Shown piece by piece: positions 1-11,518 of a stretch of 42,369 nucleotides of DNA. Positions within the stretch are counted from its first letter, which is position 1, and each line of letters starts with the position of its first letter. The stretch covers positions 3,473,854 to 3,516,222 of the forward strand of contig MU053758.1 of NCBI GenBank assembly GCA_013239625.1. The letters run 5' to 3'. The DNA is from Lama guanicoe (taxonomy: Eukaryota). The notes beneath the pieces were generated by a model that was given only the letters and a program-made list of their open reading frames with translations, was not told the DNA's origin and made no database searches. Both the position numbers and the translations under genes were made by a program.

Positions 1-1190
1 GACATTTAAGTAATCGTTCCCATTCTCCTCCATCTCTAGCCTTTGACTCACCACTTTGATTTTATGACCAAAGATTTCATCCAGAATGGAAATTCCCTTA
101 TGTGTCTTTTGTTTAGTCCTTGCTTCATTCTAGAACTCTCTGTCTGGAGATCAGAAAAAGAATGAGGGTAGTGGATGCCAGCATCATGTTCATATAAAGC
201 CATCCCTGCAACGGACATTTTATTTTTTTGTTCACGATACATGAGAGAATTGTGTAGTGAATAAGTCAATAATAATATAAGAACATCAGCTGAAATTCTC
301 CTTCATCATTTTCCAAAGATTATTTTGAGGAAGAATAGTGTTAGTGGTTGACAGGATGTTACTTGGTATTAAGTGAGTAGAGAATTCCATGATTAAATCA
401 GATTGGGAGTGATAGTTCTAGATAGTCCCTTTATTACAAGACTTCTCAGTCCCTATATTCTGATACGCTGTATAAACCTTCTATATGGTAATAATACATG
501 CAACATTATTCAACCATTGAAAAATTTTCCCCTTTGGGAATCTGAAGGGTCTAATTGACAGTGTGTCACCTGTTTAGGAAATGATCTACTATCATATGCA
601 TGGAAGAGATATTGCAAGAATGAAATTCAATTCTCTCGCTTTTCAGATTAGAATCAGGTACCTGGCAGGTAAAGAGACTTGCTCAAGAGTTCATGGATTG
701 TTAGTTACAAAGTGAGGACTAGAGCTCAGGATGCCTTTAAATATTATGTTAATAACTATCTTTCCTATTTTGTATTACCCTTTTAATGCCCTTGATGATT
801 GAAAGAATTGTCCACAGAATTATGTATGAATGAAATGAATGGGGTTCGCAATACCTCAAGAAGCTAAATGACATAAAAGTCCTTTCTGTAAAATTGGTCC
901 TCTGGAACACCTAGCCCATCAGTTTGCATATGTGAGGACTTCAGGAAGTAGTTCCGAAATACTGATGCATTCTTTTAATCATATATTTTGGCTGCAGAAT
1001 ATTGGATCATTTAATGGCAAAACAAAGGAAAACCACCTTTTAAAGGCCATTATGAAAAGCGCAGTAATAAGGAAAAACCATACTGCCACATTTATTGAGA
1101 TTTTGAAAACTCCCAGTACCCCAATATCAATAGCAAATACCAAAGAAAAGATAGCTCCAACAATGACTTCATCACTGAAGAATGAAAAAT

Positions 1191-1196
1191 TTTATT
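1191..1196 (-). terminator. Polyadenylation signal AATAAA of KRTAP1 locus
   Basis: TTTATT on + strand, ~260 bp past the stop. Confidence 0.65.
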
Positions 1197-1458
1197 AAAT
1201 CCACAACCCAATGAGCTGTTGAAACATTTCAGATGATATCTATAGAGAAGTATTACACATCCCTTTTCACATTGTAGGACTTCTGTTGCTATCCAGGTTT
1301 ATGAAATATTTTATAAATTTCCATCTTAGGGAATTTACATAGCCATGTGACATGAGGTTGCAAGCTGGGTTATGGGTATTAGAGCTCAGAAGTTTGTTGG
1401 GACTCTACATTGGCTAATTTTTCAGTGCCACTTTCTCAGAATTCCCATCAGAAGGTTT

Positions 1459-2349
1459 TCAACAGGTGGGCTCACAGCTGGTGGGCTCACAGCATGTGGG
1501 CCCACAGCAGCGGCAACAGCAGGCTGGGCGGCAGCAGGACTGTCCACAGTAGGATGGGCGGCAGCAGGAGGCCTGGGCGAAGTACAGCTGGCAGCAGGTT
1601 GGTGGGGTGCAGCTCACCACACAGCAGGGAGGCAGGCAGGTGCCCTCCATGTGGCAGTCAGGGTGGCACCACCTGGTGCGGCAGCTCAGAGCTCTGCTGT
1701 CACCTTCCTGGACACAGCCTGTGGTACCACTGATGCCACAGCCTTTCTCGCAGCCACTGGTCTGGCAGCAGCTGGTCTGGCAGCAAGTTGGCTGGGAGCA
1801 GCTGGTCTGGCAGCAGCTGGTCTGGGAGCAGGTTGGCTGGGAGCAGGTTGGCTGGCAGCAGCTGGTCTGGCAGCAGGTTGTCTGGGAGCAGCTAGTCTGG
1901 CAGCAGGTTGTCTGGGAGCAGCTTGTCTGGCAGCAGGTTGGCTAGGAGCAGCTGGTCAGGCAGCAGCTGGTCCTGGAGCAGGTTGGCTGGGAGCAGCTGG
2001 TCTGGCAGCAGGTTGGCTAGGAGCAGCTGGTCTGGCAGCAGGTTGGCTAGGAGCAGCTGGTCAGGCAGCAGCTGGTCCTGGAGCAGGTTGGCTGGGAGCA
2101 GCTGGTCTGGCAGCAGCTGGTCCAGGAGCAGGTTGGCTGGGAGCAGCTGGTCTAGGAGCAGGTTAGCTGGAAGCAGCTGGTCTGGCAGCAGGTTGGCTGG
2201 GAGCAGGTTGGCTGGCAGCAGCTGGTCTGGCAGCAGGTTGGCTGGGAGCAGCTAGTCTGGGAGCAGGTTGGCTGGCAGCAGCTGGAGCCACAGGTCCCAC
2301 CAGTGGAACAAGTGGGAAATCCACAGAAGCTGGTAGAGCAACAGGCCAT
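1459..2349 (-). pseudogene. KRTAP1: Keratin-associated protein 1 family (high-sulfur KAP1) pseudogene with expanded pentapeptide repeat and four in-frame TAG stops
   Basis: N-terminus MACCSTSFCGFPTCSTGGTCGSS and in-frame C-terminus ...SCRTRWCHPDCHMEGTCLPPCCVVSCTPPTCCQLYFAQASCCRPSYCGQSCCRPAC...EPTC* are typical of KAP1. The frame is continuous over 891 nt but has TAG at 2152-2154, 2047-2049, 2017-2019 and 1942-1944. The family member cannot be assigned. Confidence 0.9.
1756..2280 (-). repeat. Coding minisatellite: 35 x 15-bp units TGC T(G/C)C CAG (CCA ACC / ACC AGC)
   Basis: Units counted directly; they encode C(C/S)Q(PT/TS) pentapeptides. Confidence 0.95.
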
Positions 2350-2424
2350 GATGTCAGAAGCTGGGCTGAGAATTTGGGTGCTTGGAAAAGTTTCTGAGTT
2401 AGGTCTGCTTGTTCCCCCTGGACC

Positions 2425-2431
2425 TTTTATA
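2425..2431 (-). promoter_or_regulatory. TATA box (TATAAAA) of KRTAP1 locus
   Basis: About 80 bp upstream of the ATG at 2349, similar spacing to the other KRTAP loci here. Confidence 0.8.
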
Positions 2432-5195
2432 GGCCTTGGCCAGTTCCTGTGTTTGTGAGGGACAGCATTTTTATCTTATTACTCTTTAAACAAGCTTTTC
2501 TGGGGCCCTCAATTGTTCAAATACTAAGTTATTTCAAATATATCTCCAAATTGGTTTTTCCTTTTGCTCAGCTAATACTCATCAAATGTGTTTGTCCTTT
2601 GTAGAAATATTGACATTTCATTTTTAAACAATGCCTTGGCCTTTGTTTTCCACTTACGATCACATCACTTATCACTCATAAGACAGTGTGACCTTGGGGT
2701 CATATTTACCAAACCTTCAGTCTCCAGAATAAAATTATGAACCATTGATAGTCCTTCATGTAAGGAGTCTCTCATTTTGGGGGATTATTACAATTATAGT
2801 TTCTACAATCAACTATATAGAGACTCTGATAAAATCCACTTTCATAGGAATTCATAGAACTTTCCAGAAATTGGATCTCTCTAATTTCTATGCTCTCTCT
2901 TGGACTTCACACATTCAGACTTGAGGAAATATTTATCACTGAGGAGGGTATATGGAACAAAATCTGCTCCATTCCAACTTACTGTGGATATTTTGTTAGC
3001 ACAAATTTAAAATTTAAAAGGGCTAAAATTCATATCCAGTAATTAGTAAAAAAAACACAAAAAATTTTAAGTGTAAAGTGTAATTGACATTTCTCTGTGA
3101 TGGATAAAAATCACTACTGTATGGATTATCTAGATAGAATTTCTCAAAGGAAGGATTCATTTTCAATTTACATCATTTTATGTAGCTAACCTTGTTTCCT
3201 ATGAAAGGATAGTATCAGACAGAAGAGCAAGACAGTTGAATTTCTGAAGGGGAACCAATAAAAGAAAGAGTAGGATTTGGGAACTACTTTTTCTGGACCA
3301 CATCATAAGGCAGGTTAGGGAATAGATGATCAAATATCATTCAGTAGGTATAAGTGCAAAGAGATTAAGATAAATTTCAGCAAAATAAAAATCGAAACCA
3401 CCAGGAGGTGGTTGCTCAACAAAAGAACGTGATTTTCCATTAGAAGTTTAGGGTTACGTAGGAGGAAATGAAAAAAGTGGTAACCAAAAAATACATGATT
3501 ACTACTTGTGGTAGGTTTATTCTTGCCTTCCAACCATGAGTAGAAGCACATAGTTAGCTTTTATGAGGTGGAGGTGTTGGTTTGGACAGTGATAAAATTA
3601 CCTTAGAGTGTGAATCATGCCCCTGTCAATAAAGATGGTCATGTCCTACGGTAACCATGATGGCAGATATGAAGTTCAAAGATGGTCGAAGGAATCACCG
3701 AATGTTGGAGATCAAAAACTTAATAACTCATCTTGTCCAACCATTTAATTTTATAGGTGTAGAAACTGACATCATTCTTTTTAAAAGTAGTACATTTATT
3801 AAATTACATTATGCATGGGGTACTAAAGGATTATGTAGAAGGCAGGACCCAATCTGCTTGCTTCGTATCTTGCTCTAGTGCACAAGTCAGCATAGGCCAG
3901 ATTAATCAAGGAAAAGAGTTGAACATAGAACCAGTCAGCCTCAAAGTTCTAAACTGGAACATTGATATTGTAGTATGGACTACTTTTAACTTTCTGTCAA
4001 CATCAGTTGCTGTTAGAATAATATTGAGCTGAGACTGGCTGCACTTTGGAGAGGTTAGTGACTTGCTCCGTTCAAATACATCCAGAACATAGCCAGAAGA
4101 GCTGGGTATAAAACTCTTATCCCTTATTCCTAAATCAGCTCATTTTATTTTATACTGTGCTACTTTTCAGGATCAATTAAAGCTAGTGAAACTCTTTGTC
4201 TTCTGAGTTTTTTCCTAATATTCTATAATAGCTTAAGAATAGAAATATTAGTGGTAGGCAGAATACACTACAGAGTTGTGGTTTTAAACATGTAGTAAAT
4301 GAGCATAAATATTTTAAAATTCTTTTAAGTGTCTTCTGACTAGAAGAGTTTCTCATAAGGCTGACATTCCCAATTATTTTATTGCTGGTTGTTTCTTGTT
4401 TCCCACATTCAGATTAGCCAATACTCCTTCTTGGGTTTCTATGTCTGCCATACTCTTTGTGTCCTCTTTATTCCATGATCATCATCTTAGTTAGCTCTAT
4501 GGTGTGTCACTTGGACCAGTGTAGGGGCCTCTTGATTTGTTTCTGTGTAGTCATTTTATGTCTAGCCTTTGGCCCTTAGTTTTTATAAGCAGCTACCATA
4601 GGAATTATCCCTATGCCCAACTCCTGTCATGACATTCCCCTGTCCTAAGGATTTCAACATTTCCTTGGTGCTTATATTGCCTAAACTACATACTCTTTTG
4701 GCTAGTATTCAAAGCACACACATTTTCCAAATTTATCTTCTGTTATTACTCTACACATATCCAGGGCTCCCAGTTAAAATATCTCTGAACAGTCTCTCTA
4801 TATATACTGTTATGCATACTGTTTACATTATTGAAAATGTGGTCTTCCCTCAGATCTGCACACCTAAATCTTAACCCATATAAAATGTTAGGTTCTTTTT
4901 CAGTCTTTCTTGTTCTCCCTAGTTAATAGTAACTTCTTGGTTGACACCATCCAGTATGTTGTACCCTTTTCATATTCTAATTTTTAGTTGAGCTATTGTA
5001 AATTTGATTCATCTCCCTAGAAGTTTCTTGGACAGGGCAACATTTTAAACTCAACTTTAGTTTCTATTGTATACCATATAGTCTGCGGCTTGCAGAGGGT
5101 AGACAATCAGTGCATTTTTGTTACATTTACATTTAATGGAAAAAATTAGAATGAATAAGTAAAACCAAAGCTGTATTTGCTAGGCCAAAAAAGAG

Positions 5196-5201
5196 TTTAT
5201 T
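5196..5201 (-). terminator. Polyadenylation signal AATAAA of KRTAP2 copy A
   Basis: TTTATT ~225 bp past the stop; context AGTTTATTAGAAAAC is shared with copy B. Confidence 0.7.
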
Positions 5202-5426
5202 AGAAAACAAACATACTGCAAGACTTAAGATCTCAGAAGGGAAGTAGGAAGCTGTTACTGTTACTTGAGAACAACCCAAACTTTAATAGATAAGTCTGGA
5301 TCTCCATTCAACTCTTAGTTGATTTGGGGCCTTGATGGCTCAGGGCAGGAGGTGTGTTAGGTAGAGAAAGGCTGGTAGAATTTTTTCAGAAGGTTGATTG
5401 CCTGCTCTTGGCAGTCAGCACACTGC

Positions 5427-5816
5427 TCAGCAGCTGGGGAAGGTCCTGCAGATGGTCTGGCAGGGGGCAGGTTGGCAGCAGGAGGGGCGGCAGCACGGGG
5501 ACTGCACAGAGATGGGCTGGCTGCAGGTGGTCGCCCAGCAGCAGGGGCGGCAGACCACAGACTGGCAGGACGTGGAGCAGCAGGTGATGGGGCGACAGCA
5601 GCCCTCCTGCAGGCTGCACGGGTCACAGCACACTGGGCGGCGGCAGGGCTCGCAGATGGTGCGCGTGCAGCGGGGCACGCAGGTCACGGGGCGGCACACG
5701 GTGGTCTGGCAGGACACGGGGCGGCAGCAGCAGGGGTCGCGGCAGCAGCAGGGCTGGAAGCAGCCTCCCCCACAGCCCCGGGAGGTGGAGGTGGAGCCAC
5801 AGCAGGAGCCGGTCAT
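5427..5816 (-). CDS. KRTAP2: Keratin-associated protein 2 family (KAP2), copy A, 129 aa
   Basis: MTGSCCGS...[30 protein letters not shown]...[14 protein letters not shown]...CCWATTC is the KAP2 signature; intact single-exon ORF with ACCATG start. Confidence 0.95.
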   Translation of the reverse strand: MTGSCCGSTSTSRGCGGGCFQPCCCRDPCCCRPVSCQTTVCRPVTCVPRCTRTICEPCRRPVCCDPCSLQEGCCRPITCCSTSCQSVVCRPCCWATTCSQPISVQSPCCRPSCCQPAPCQTICRTFPSC

Positions 5817-5899
5817 GGTGTCTGGGGCTGAGTTGGGTTGAGCTGGTGAGAGGACTTGAGTGTTCTCAGGTGTGAATGTCTTGCTCCTGCTCTGGGCCC

Positions 5900-5907
5900 T
5901 TTATATA
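5900..5907 (-). promoter_or_regulatory. TATA box (TATATAAA) of KRTAP2 copy A
   Basis: 84-91 bp upstream of ATG; same position in all three copies. Confidence 0.85.
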
Positions 5908-6603
5908 CCCTGACCAGGTGCTGATGACCCCCTCTTGTTTATCTTTTGGCCAATTAAGTAGAAATTTGTGTTGACTAATGGATTGCATTGCTGGTGACAT
6001 ACTCATGATCTCATTAAAGAACATTGGTTGCATCCCTAAGTATGGATATATTCATGGTGTTCATCACCAATATCTAAGCACTCTGGGCCATTTGAGGTGA
6101 CAGCAGCTCTTGATGCTTATTTTGAGTAGACAGAACCTGAAAAATCCTGGGCAAAATGGTCTTAAAGGGGCTGGAATTTTTAAAGAAATTGAATGTAGAA
6201 AGGTTTCTAGAGCACTGACTAGATCCTACCCTTGACCCCTAAGAAATCCCCTGAAAAGCCTACATGCGAATCAGACAGGTGTTAGACACAATCTCTGGTG
6301 CAGATTCCTTGAGAAAACATTTACATATCACTTGATATATAATGAAATATACATGCCTTGAATAGTGCTGCCCCTCACATGCTCAGATTAGAAAGGCAAA
6401 AGTTTATTTTTACAAACCAAGTGAGTATTAGAATAAAACATTCAAGACTGCTATCCATTTCTTTTTCTTTTTTCCAGCTCAGGTTGTGGCAACCCTGGTC
6501 TTTCTGGTCACAAAGTGCTGATTTTCTCTGAGGCATGACATTTTTTAATACTTGCTGTTCTTGTATAAGTGATAAAGAATCATGTAATGAGAAGTTTTTT
6601 CTT

Positions 6604-6954
6604 TTTAAATTAAAAAAATTTTTAAATTGTTTTTTGTTGAAGTATAAGTCAGTTTACAATGTTTCTGGTGTACAGCATAATGTTTCAGTCATATATATAC
6701 ATACACATATTCGTTTTCATATTCTTTTTCATTATAGGTTACTGTATGATATTGAATGGAGTTTCCTGGGCTGTACAGTATAAGCTTGTGTTTTATCTGG
6801 GTTTGTGAAGATTCTCCTTGTATTTCCAATGTAGGAGATATTCTGCCAAAGTTCAGCAGGTATTTTGTGTGCATTGTTCCATATGTAGGTGTAGTTTTTG
6901 TTGTATTCATAGGAGAGGGTGAGCACCGTGTCCTACTCCGCCATCTTGGCCTCC
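6604..6954 (-). mobile_element. Mini-L1: ~158 bp of L1 5' end fused to ~190 bp of L1 3' end with A-rich tail and TSD
   Basis: Minus strand starts GGAGGCCAAGATGGCGGAGTAGG...CTCACCCTCTCC, like the L1 5' end at 38661-38700. After the junction at 6797/6796 it matches L1 3'UTR (cf. 9773-9930). Candidate TSD: GAGAAGTTTTTTCTT 6589-6603 / GAGATTTTTTCTT 6955-6967. Confidence 0.8.
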
Positions 6955-7524
6955 GAGATTTTTTCTTAACATACCTTGACAGGAGTGCTACAGCTATGAA
7001 GTGATAAGATGGGGTTTTATTCATCAACCACTGTAGACATATACAATACACTGTTCAAAGGAGGTAGGTTGGGAGACCACGCAGCTGTTCTGTGATGGCG
7101 CTGCTAGAAGGTGATTGGTGAACGTGCTTCTTTGGGAACCGTTGCCACAGGCAGTTGAGAAATTTTATGGGGGAAACAGTCTCGTTACTTTCCAGCTTTA
7201 CTCCTCCTATTATTCACCAGACAGGGTTTTGGATCACTTTTAGTATCATCTCCATCATTCAAGAGAATGTGCCTCAGGACCAGGAGCCAAATGGAATTTC
7301 AAACATGACTTCAAAACTTCAAAAGGGATGTAAATTGACTGAACATATAGTCACAGTTGGGGAAACAAAGGAGGGAGAAATCAAGCATAGTCTCATCGAT
7401 GTAGACCCTCAACTCTCTCTCTCACATTCTGTTGTGCATGGACACTTGTGATTTTTCTCAAAGCAGTAACCACAGCTGAGGTAAAAACTTGAGTATTCTG
7501 CTTCTTTACCCCTTTTCCCCCCAG

Positions 7525-7722
7525 AGCTTTGTTGAGATGTAATTGACATAGAACATTGTGTAATTTTAACGTGTAAATAGTGATATTTGATAAACGTGTA
7601 TATTGCAAAATGTTTACCACAATAAGGTTAGTTAACACCTCCTTCACCTTACGTAATTATCATTTTGCTGTTGCTGTGGTGAGACCATTAAAGTTCTATT
7701 CTCATAGCAACTTTCAAGTATA
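7525..7722 (-). mobile_element. Old L1 (L1MA-like) 3' end fragment
   Basis: TTGAGATGTAATTGACATAGAACATTGTGTAA...TTCTCATAGCAACTTTCAAGTATA resembles the reverse complement of eutherian L1MA 3'UTRs. Boundaries approximate. Confidence 0.7.
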
Positions 7723-7729
7723 TGGTATA

Positions 7730-7982
7730 CAGTTGACCCTGAAACAAAACAGGTTTGAACCACATGGGTCAACTTATAAGCAGATTTTTTTTTCCAGCAG
7801 TAAATACTACAGTACTATACAATATGTGGTTGATTGAATCATGGATATAGAGAAAATGCAAGTACAGAGGAACCACAGATATGGAGCCTCAGATTCGGAG
7901 GACAGACTGTAAGTTATACTCAGATGTTTGACTGCGCAGAGGGTTGGTGCCCCTCACTCCAGAGTAGTTCAAGGGTCAGCTG
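7730..7982. mobile_element. Tigger2-derived MITE (MER8-like), Tc1/mariner superfamily
   Basis: Terminal inverted repeats CAGTTGACCCTGAAAC / GTTCAAGGGTCAGCTG; TA target duplication at 7728-7729 and 7983-7984; 253 bp. Confidence 0.9.
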
Positions 7983-7999
7983 TAGTAATGTTATGTATA

Positions 8000-8898
8000 T
8001 ACAGTAGGAATTTGTTGTTTATCTATTTTATATATAGTAGTTTGTATCTGCTTATCTCAAACTCCTAATTCATCCCTCCCTCCACCCTTTCCCCTTTGGT
8101 AGCCTTAAGTTTGTTTTCCATGTCTGTTCTGCTTTATGCATAAGTTTATTTGTATTATACTATAGATTTCACATATGAGTAATATCATATGATATTTGCC
8201 TTTCTCTTTCTGACTTACTTCACTTAGTATGATAATCTGTAGGTCCACCCACATTGCTGCAAATGGCATTATTTAATTCTTTTTTATAGTTGAATAGTAT
8301 TCCATTGCATATATATACCGCAGCTTCTTTATCCATTCATCTATTGATGGACACTTAGGTTGCTTCCATGTCTTGGCTATTGTAATAGTGCTGCTATGAA
8401 CATTAGAATGCATGTATATTTTTGAATTAGAGTCCCCTCCAGCTGGACTATAATTCAAGCTATGTGGCCAGGAGTGGGATTGCTGGATCATATGGTAAGT
8501 CTATTCTTAGTTTTTTAATGAATCTCCATACTGTTTTCCATAGTGACTGCACCAGTTTACATTCCCACCAACAATGTAGGAAGGCTCCCTTTTCTCCATA
8601 CCCTCTCCAGTATTTATTATTTGTAGTCTTTTTAATGATAACCATTCTGACCCACATGAGGTGATATCTCACTGTAGTTTTGATTTGCATTTCTCTAATA
8701 ATTAATGAAGTTGAGCATCTTTTCATGTGCTTATTGACCCATTTCTAAAGTGGATTGGTTTTTCACTTCGTATTGTCTTTTTTTTTTTTTTGCTGTGAGT
8801 TGTAGAAGTTCCTTATAGTTTTTGCATGTGAACCTCTTATCAGATATATGGTTTGCAAATGTTTTCTTACATTTGATAGGTTGACTTTTTCTTCCTTC

Positions 8899-8929
<31 letters not shown>

Positions 8930-9020
8930 TTCTTTCTTTCATTGTTTCTTTTGCTGTGTGGAAGCTTTTTAGTCTAATGTAGTCTCACTTGTTGATTTTA
9001 ACTTTTGTTGCTTGTGTTTT
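8000..9020 (-). mobile_element. L1 ORF2 C-terminal region plus 3'UTR (degenerate, probably composite)
   Basis: ORFs 8460-8726 and 8273-8491 translate to L1 ORF2 C-terminal motifs ([53 protein letters not shown]). Confidence 0.9.
8890..8940. repeat. (TTTC)n/(TTCC)n microsatellite
   Basis: Seen directly. Confidence 0.9.
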
Positions 9021-9394
9021 GCACTTTTCAAGGAACATTTTCTCATAATAAGTTTTTTATGTTGCTGTGGCCAGGTTAGGGGTGGCGGTCTTCAAGATGA
9101 TCACATTTTGTGCAAAGGGGTCCCCTTTGGAAGATAACCTCAAGTTGACAAGACAAATTTCTCTACTCCAAACACCTTGATCCAAAAGAGATTGGTGCTA
9201 TCCAGTCTTAAGACAGTCCTCCTACCCCATAGCCAACCTTCATTTCCGGCAGAGAAAATATGAGTAATTCATGCCACGAAGCTCTGTGACTTGACACTGT
9301 GGCAAGTCATGTGATGTTTTCTGATGCCACTTATCCTAAAATCAGACAACACTCATTGAAAACTTTGCCATTTACTATTCATTCTTGTGCCATG

Positions 9395-9505
9395 GAGGGT
9401 AATAATGGATATGTAATCAAGGTTGTTGTGAAGATTAAGTGAACTAGTATGTGTCAAGCACTAAGAACAGTGCCTGACACTTAATAAGGGTCTTATATTT
9501 GTTAA
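9395..9505 (+). mobile_element. MIR SINE 3' portion
   Basis: GGTTGTTGTGAAGATTAAGTGA...AAGCACTAAGAACAGTGCCTGACAC matches the MIR tail. Confidence 0.75.
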
Positions 9506-9671
9506 GTAAATAAATATATTTTAAAAGGTCATGTCACATTGTAAACTTATAAACTCTAAATTTTGAATTTAGAACAAAGATGAATGTATTTCATATAGCA
9601 AAGGGCCAGTTCTCTGTTCAGTTACCACAGAATACCTATTAAATAAGATTATTCAATGGGGAGTTTCATTA

Positions 9672-9950
9672 ATAGCATAACAAAATTGTGGTTACCAGGG
9701 GGGAAGTGGTGGGATGGAGGGATAAACTGGAAGTTTGTGACTTGCTGATACTAACTACTATATATAAAATAGATAAACAGCAAGGTCTTACTGTATAGCA
9801 CAGGGAACTATATTCAATACCTTGTAATAGCCTATAATGAAAAAGCATATGAAAAGGATTATATGTATGTATAACTGAATTACTGTGCTATACACCAAAA
9901 TTAACACAACATTGTAAACCACCTATACGTCAATCAATCAAACAAACAAA
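9672..9950 (+). mobile_element. 5'-truncated L1 3'UTR (cetartiodactyl type) with (TCAA/ACAA) tail
   Basis: GTGGTTACCAGGGGGG...ACTGTATAGCACAGGGAACTATATTCAATA...ACACAACATTGTAAA. Confidence 0.85.
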
Positions 9951-10979
9951 TACCTTAAAGGAAGATGAAGAGCTCCCTCTATATCAACACTAATCTCTGT
10001 AAAGGGGATTCAAGTTCTTGTTGTAGAACCAACAAGAAGAATATGTCAGAATTGTGGATAGTGGCACAAACACTCCTGAGAATCCCACAGCTCATGCAAC
10101 ATAGAGTGAGATCTTAGAAAAACATCCTTAAAAGACTTAGAACTAAGTTAGAAAGATTCCTAGTGGTGATGGACAATACACTTTGCATAATGAATACTAG
10201 GGCTTTATGTAACAACATCATTCAACAGTCACATTATGAATGCACTTTAATATGAAAAATATTGTCTTGTGTTCTCAGTTCTCAATTGCCTGCACAAATG
10301 GAGAAAAACAATTGCACAGGTAATCTGAAACAGTACCAACTTTCTAAATTCTTAATTTGGAACATATCAAAATCATACTTTATGCAATCGAGATGATCCT
10401 AAAATGTTAAAATATGAATTCGATCTTATTTAAATGTAATAATTTATCACATTTTAATGATCTCAGAGAACTCCACTATTTATAACCCAGTGACACACTC
10501 TTCTATATATAATAAAAGACTTCTTTAGGTGTACAAACAGGTGCTCTCTACCTTATCTGTCTTAAATTCATTTAGACTTTGATAAATACGTTTTTAGAAG
10601 CACAGCATAATCATGAGAAAGTTTTAAATAATTTTCCCCAAACTGATTTAGATTTTAGACTGTCCACTTTATTAAAAATCAAGTTAATTTTAAAAAGTGT
10701 GTACTTGAGAAAATATAAAGAAGAAAATGAGTATTATCCTCAGTTACTGTTAGATTTTGTGGCATAATGTTCCAGAATTTTTTACACAGAAACACACATA
10801 GACACACACACACAGAATACATTTTTCCTCACAAACTAGTTTAATATTTTATAGCTTCCTTATTTTTTACTTAAATATATGGACAGGGCAATTGCATGAG
10901 GTTTACTATTTTCAACTATTTTGGGGTATTTCCTTTATATTTATAATGCTTATATTATATGCTGTTTGAGTTTTTTCTC

Positions 10980-11090
10980 ATTTATATCTCATCTCCCCAA
11001 GTAGATTATAACCTCTTTGAAGCAGGAACCCTCTTTTATTCCTTTATATCCCCTCAGGGTAGTCAACTCATGCATGAGGTCCTCCATTCA
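10980..11090 (+). mobile_element. L2 3' end remnant
   Basis: TCTCCCCAAGTAGATTATAACCTCTTTGAAGCAGGAACC resembles the L2 tail. Confidence 0.55.
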
Positions 11091-11518
11091 ATCCCCAGTA
11101 CCTCCATTAAATATATATATATAGAGAGAGAGATTAGTGATTAATTTGCTTGGAAATGCCATAAATACCCAATTACTGAGCACAAAGATAAGAAGCCCTT
11201 GAGACCAGCTAGCATGGATTTAATATCCACAAGCTTCGACATTGTAAATAACATTCTGAATAACAATCGATCTGTAACACATACAAGGGAGCACAGTCGT
11301 ACTTGGTCACAAAACACAAAACGGTTCCTTTGGGCAGAGTATTGTGTCTCCTGTCATACTAAGGGAACATGGTTGGCTTAAAGGTTCATGTCAGGGGGCT
11401 TGCATTCTCCTGGGTCTTTTCTGAACATCAGTGGTTATAATTACATTATAATTATATTAGTAAGAAACTTCTTGATCTTTCATTACTCATTGCTCTTTAG
11501 CTCCAAAAACAGATGGCT

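Noticed and set aside
1942..2154. Possible programmed TAG readthrough or recoding (all four stops are TAG after TCC)
   Set aside because: More simply explained by CAG>TAG plus repeat duplication; four successive readthroughs are implausible and no recoding signal was seen.
1372..2166. 264-aa ATG-initiated Ala/Gly-rich ORF antisense to the KRTAP1 pseudogene
   Set aside because: Mirror frame of Cys/Gln/Pro/Thr/Ser codons. Antisense stops require sense TCA/TTA/CTA codons, which are rare here, and the ORF ends at a CTA. No independent promoter evidence.
1756..2280. Regular short-repeat arrays superficially like CRISPR or another repeat-spacer system
   Set aside because: Contiguous 15-bp coding units with no unique spacers, in mammalian DNA with no cas genes.
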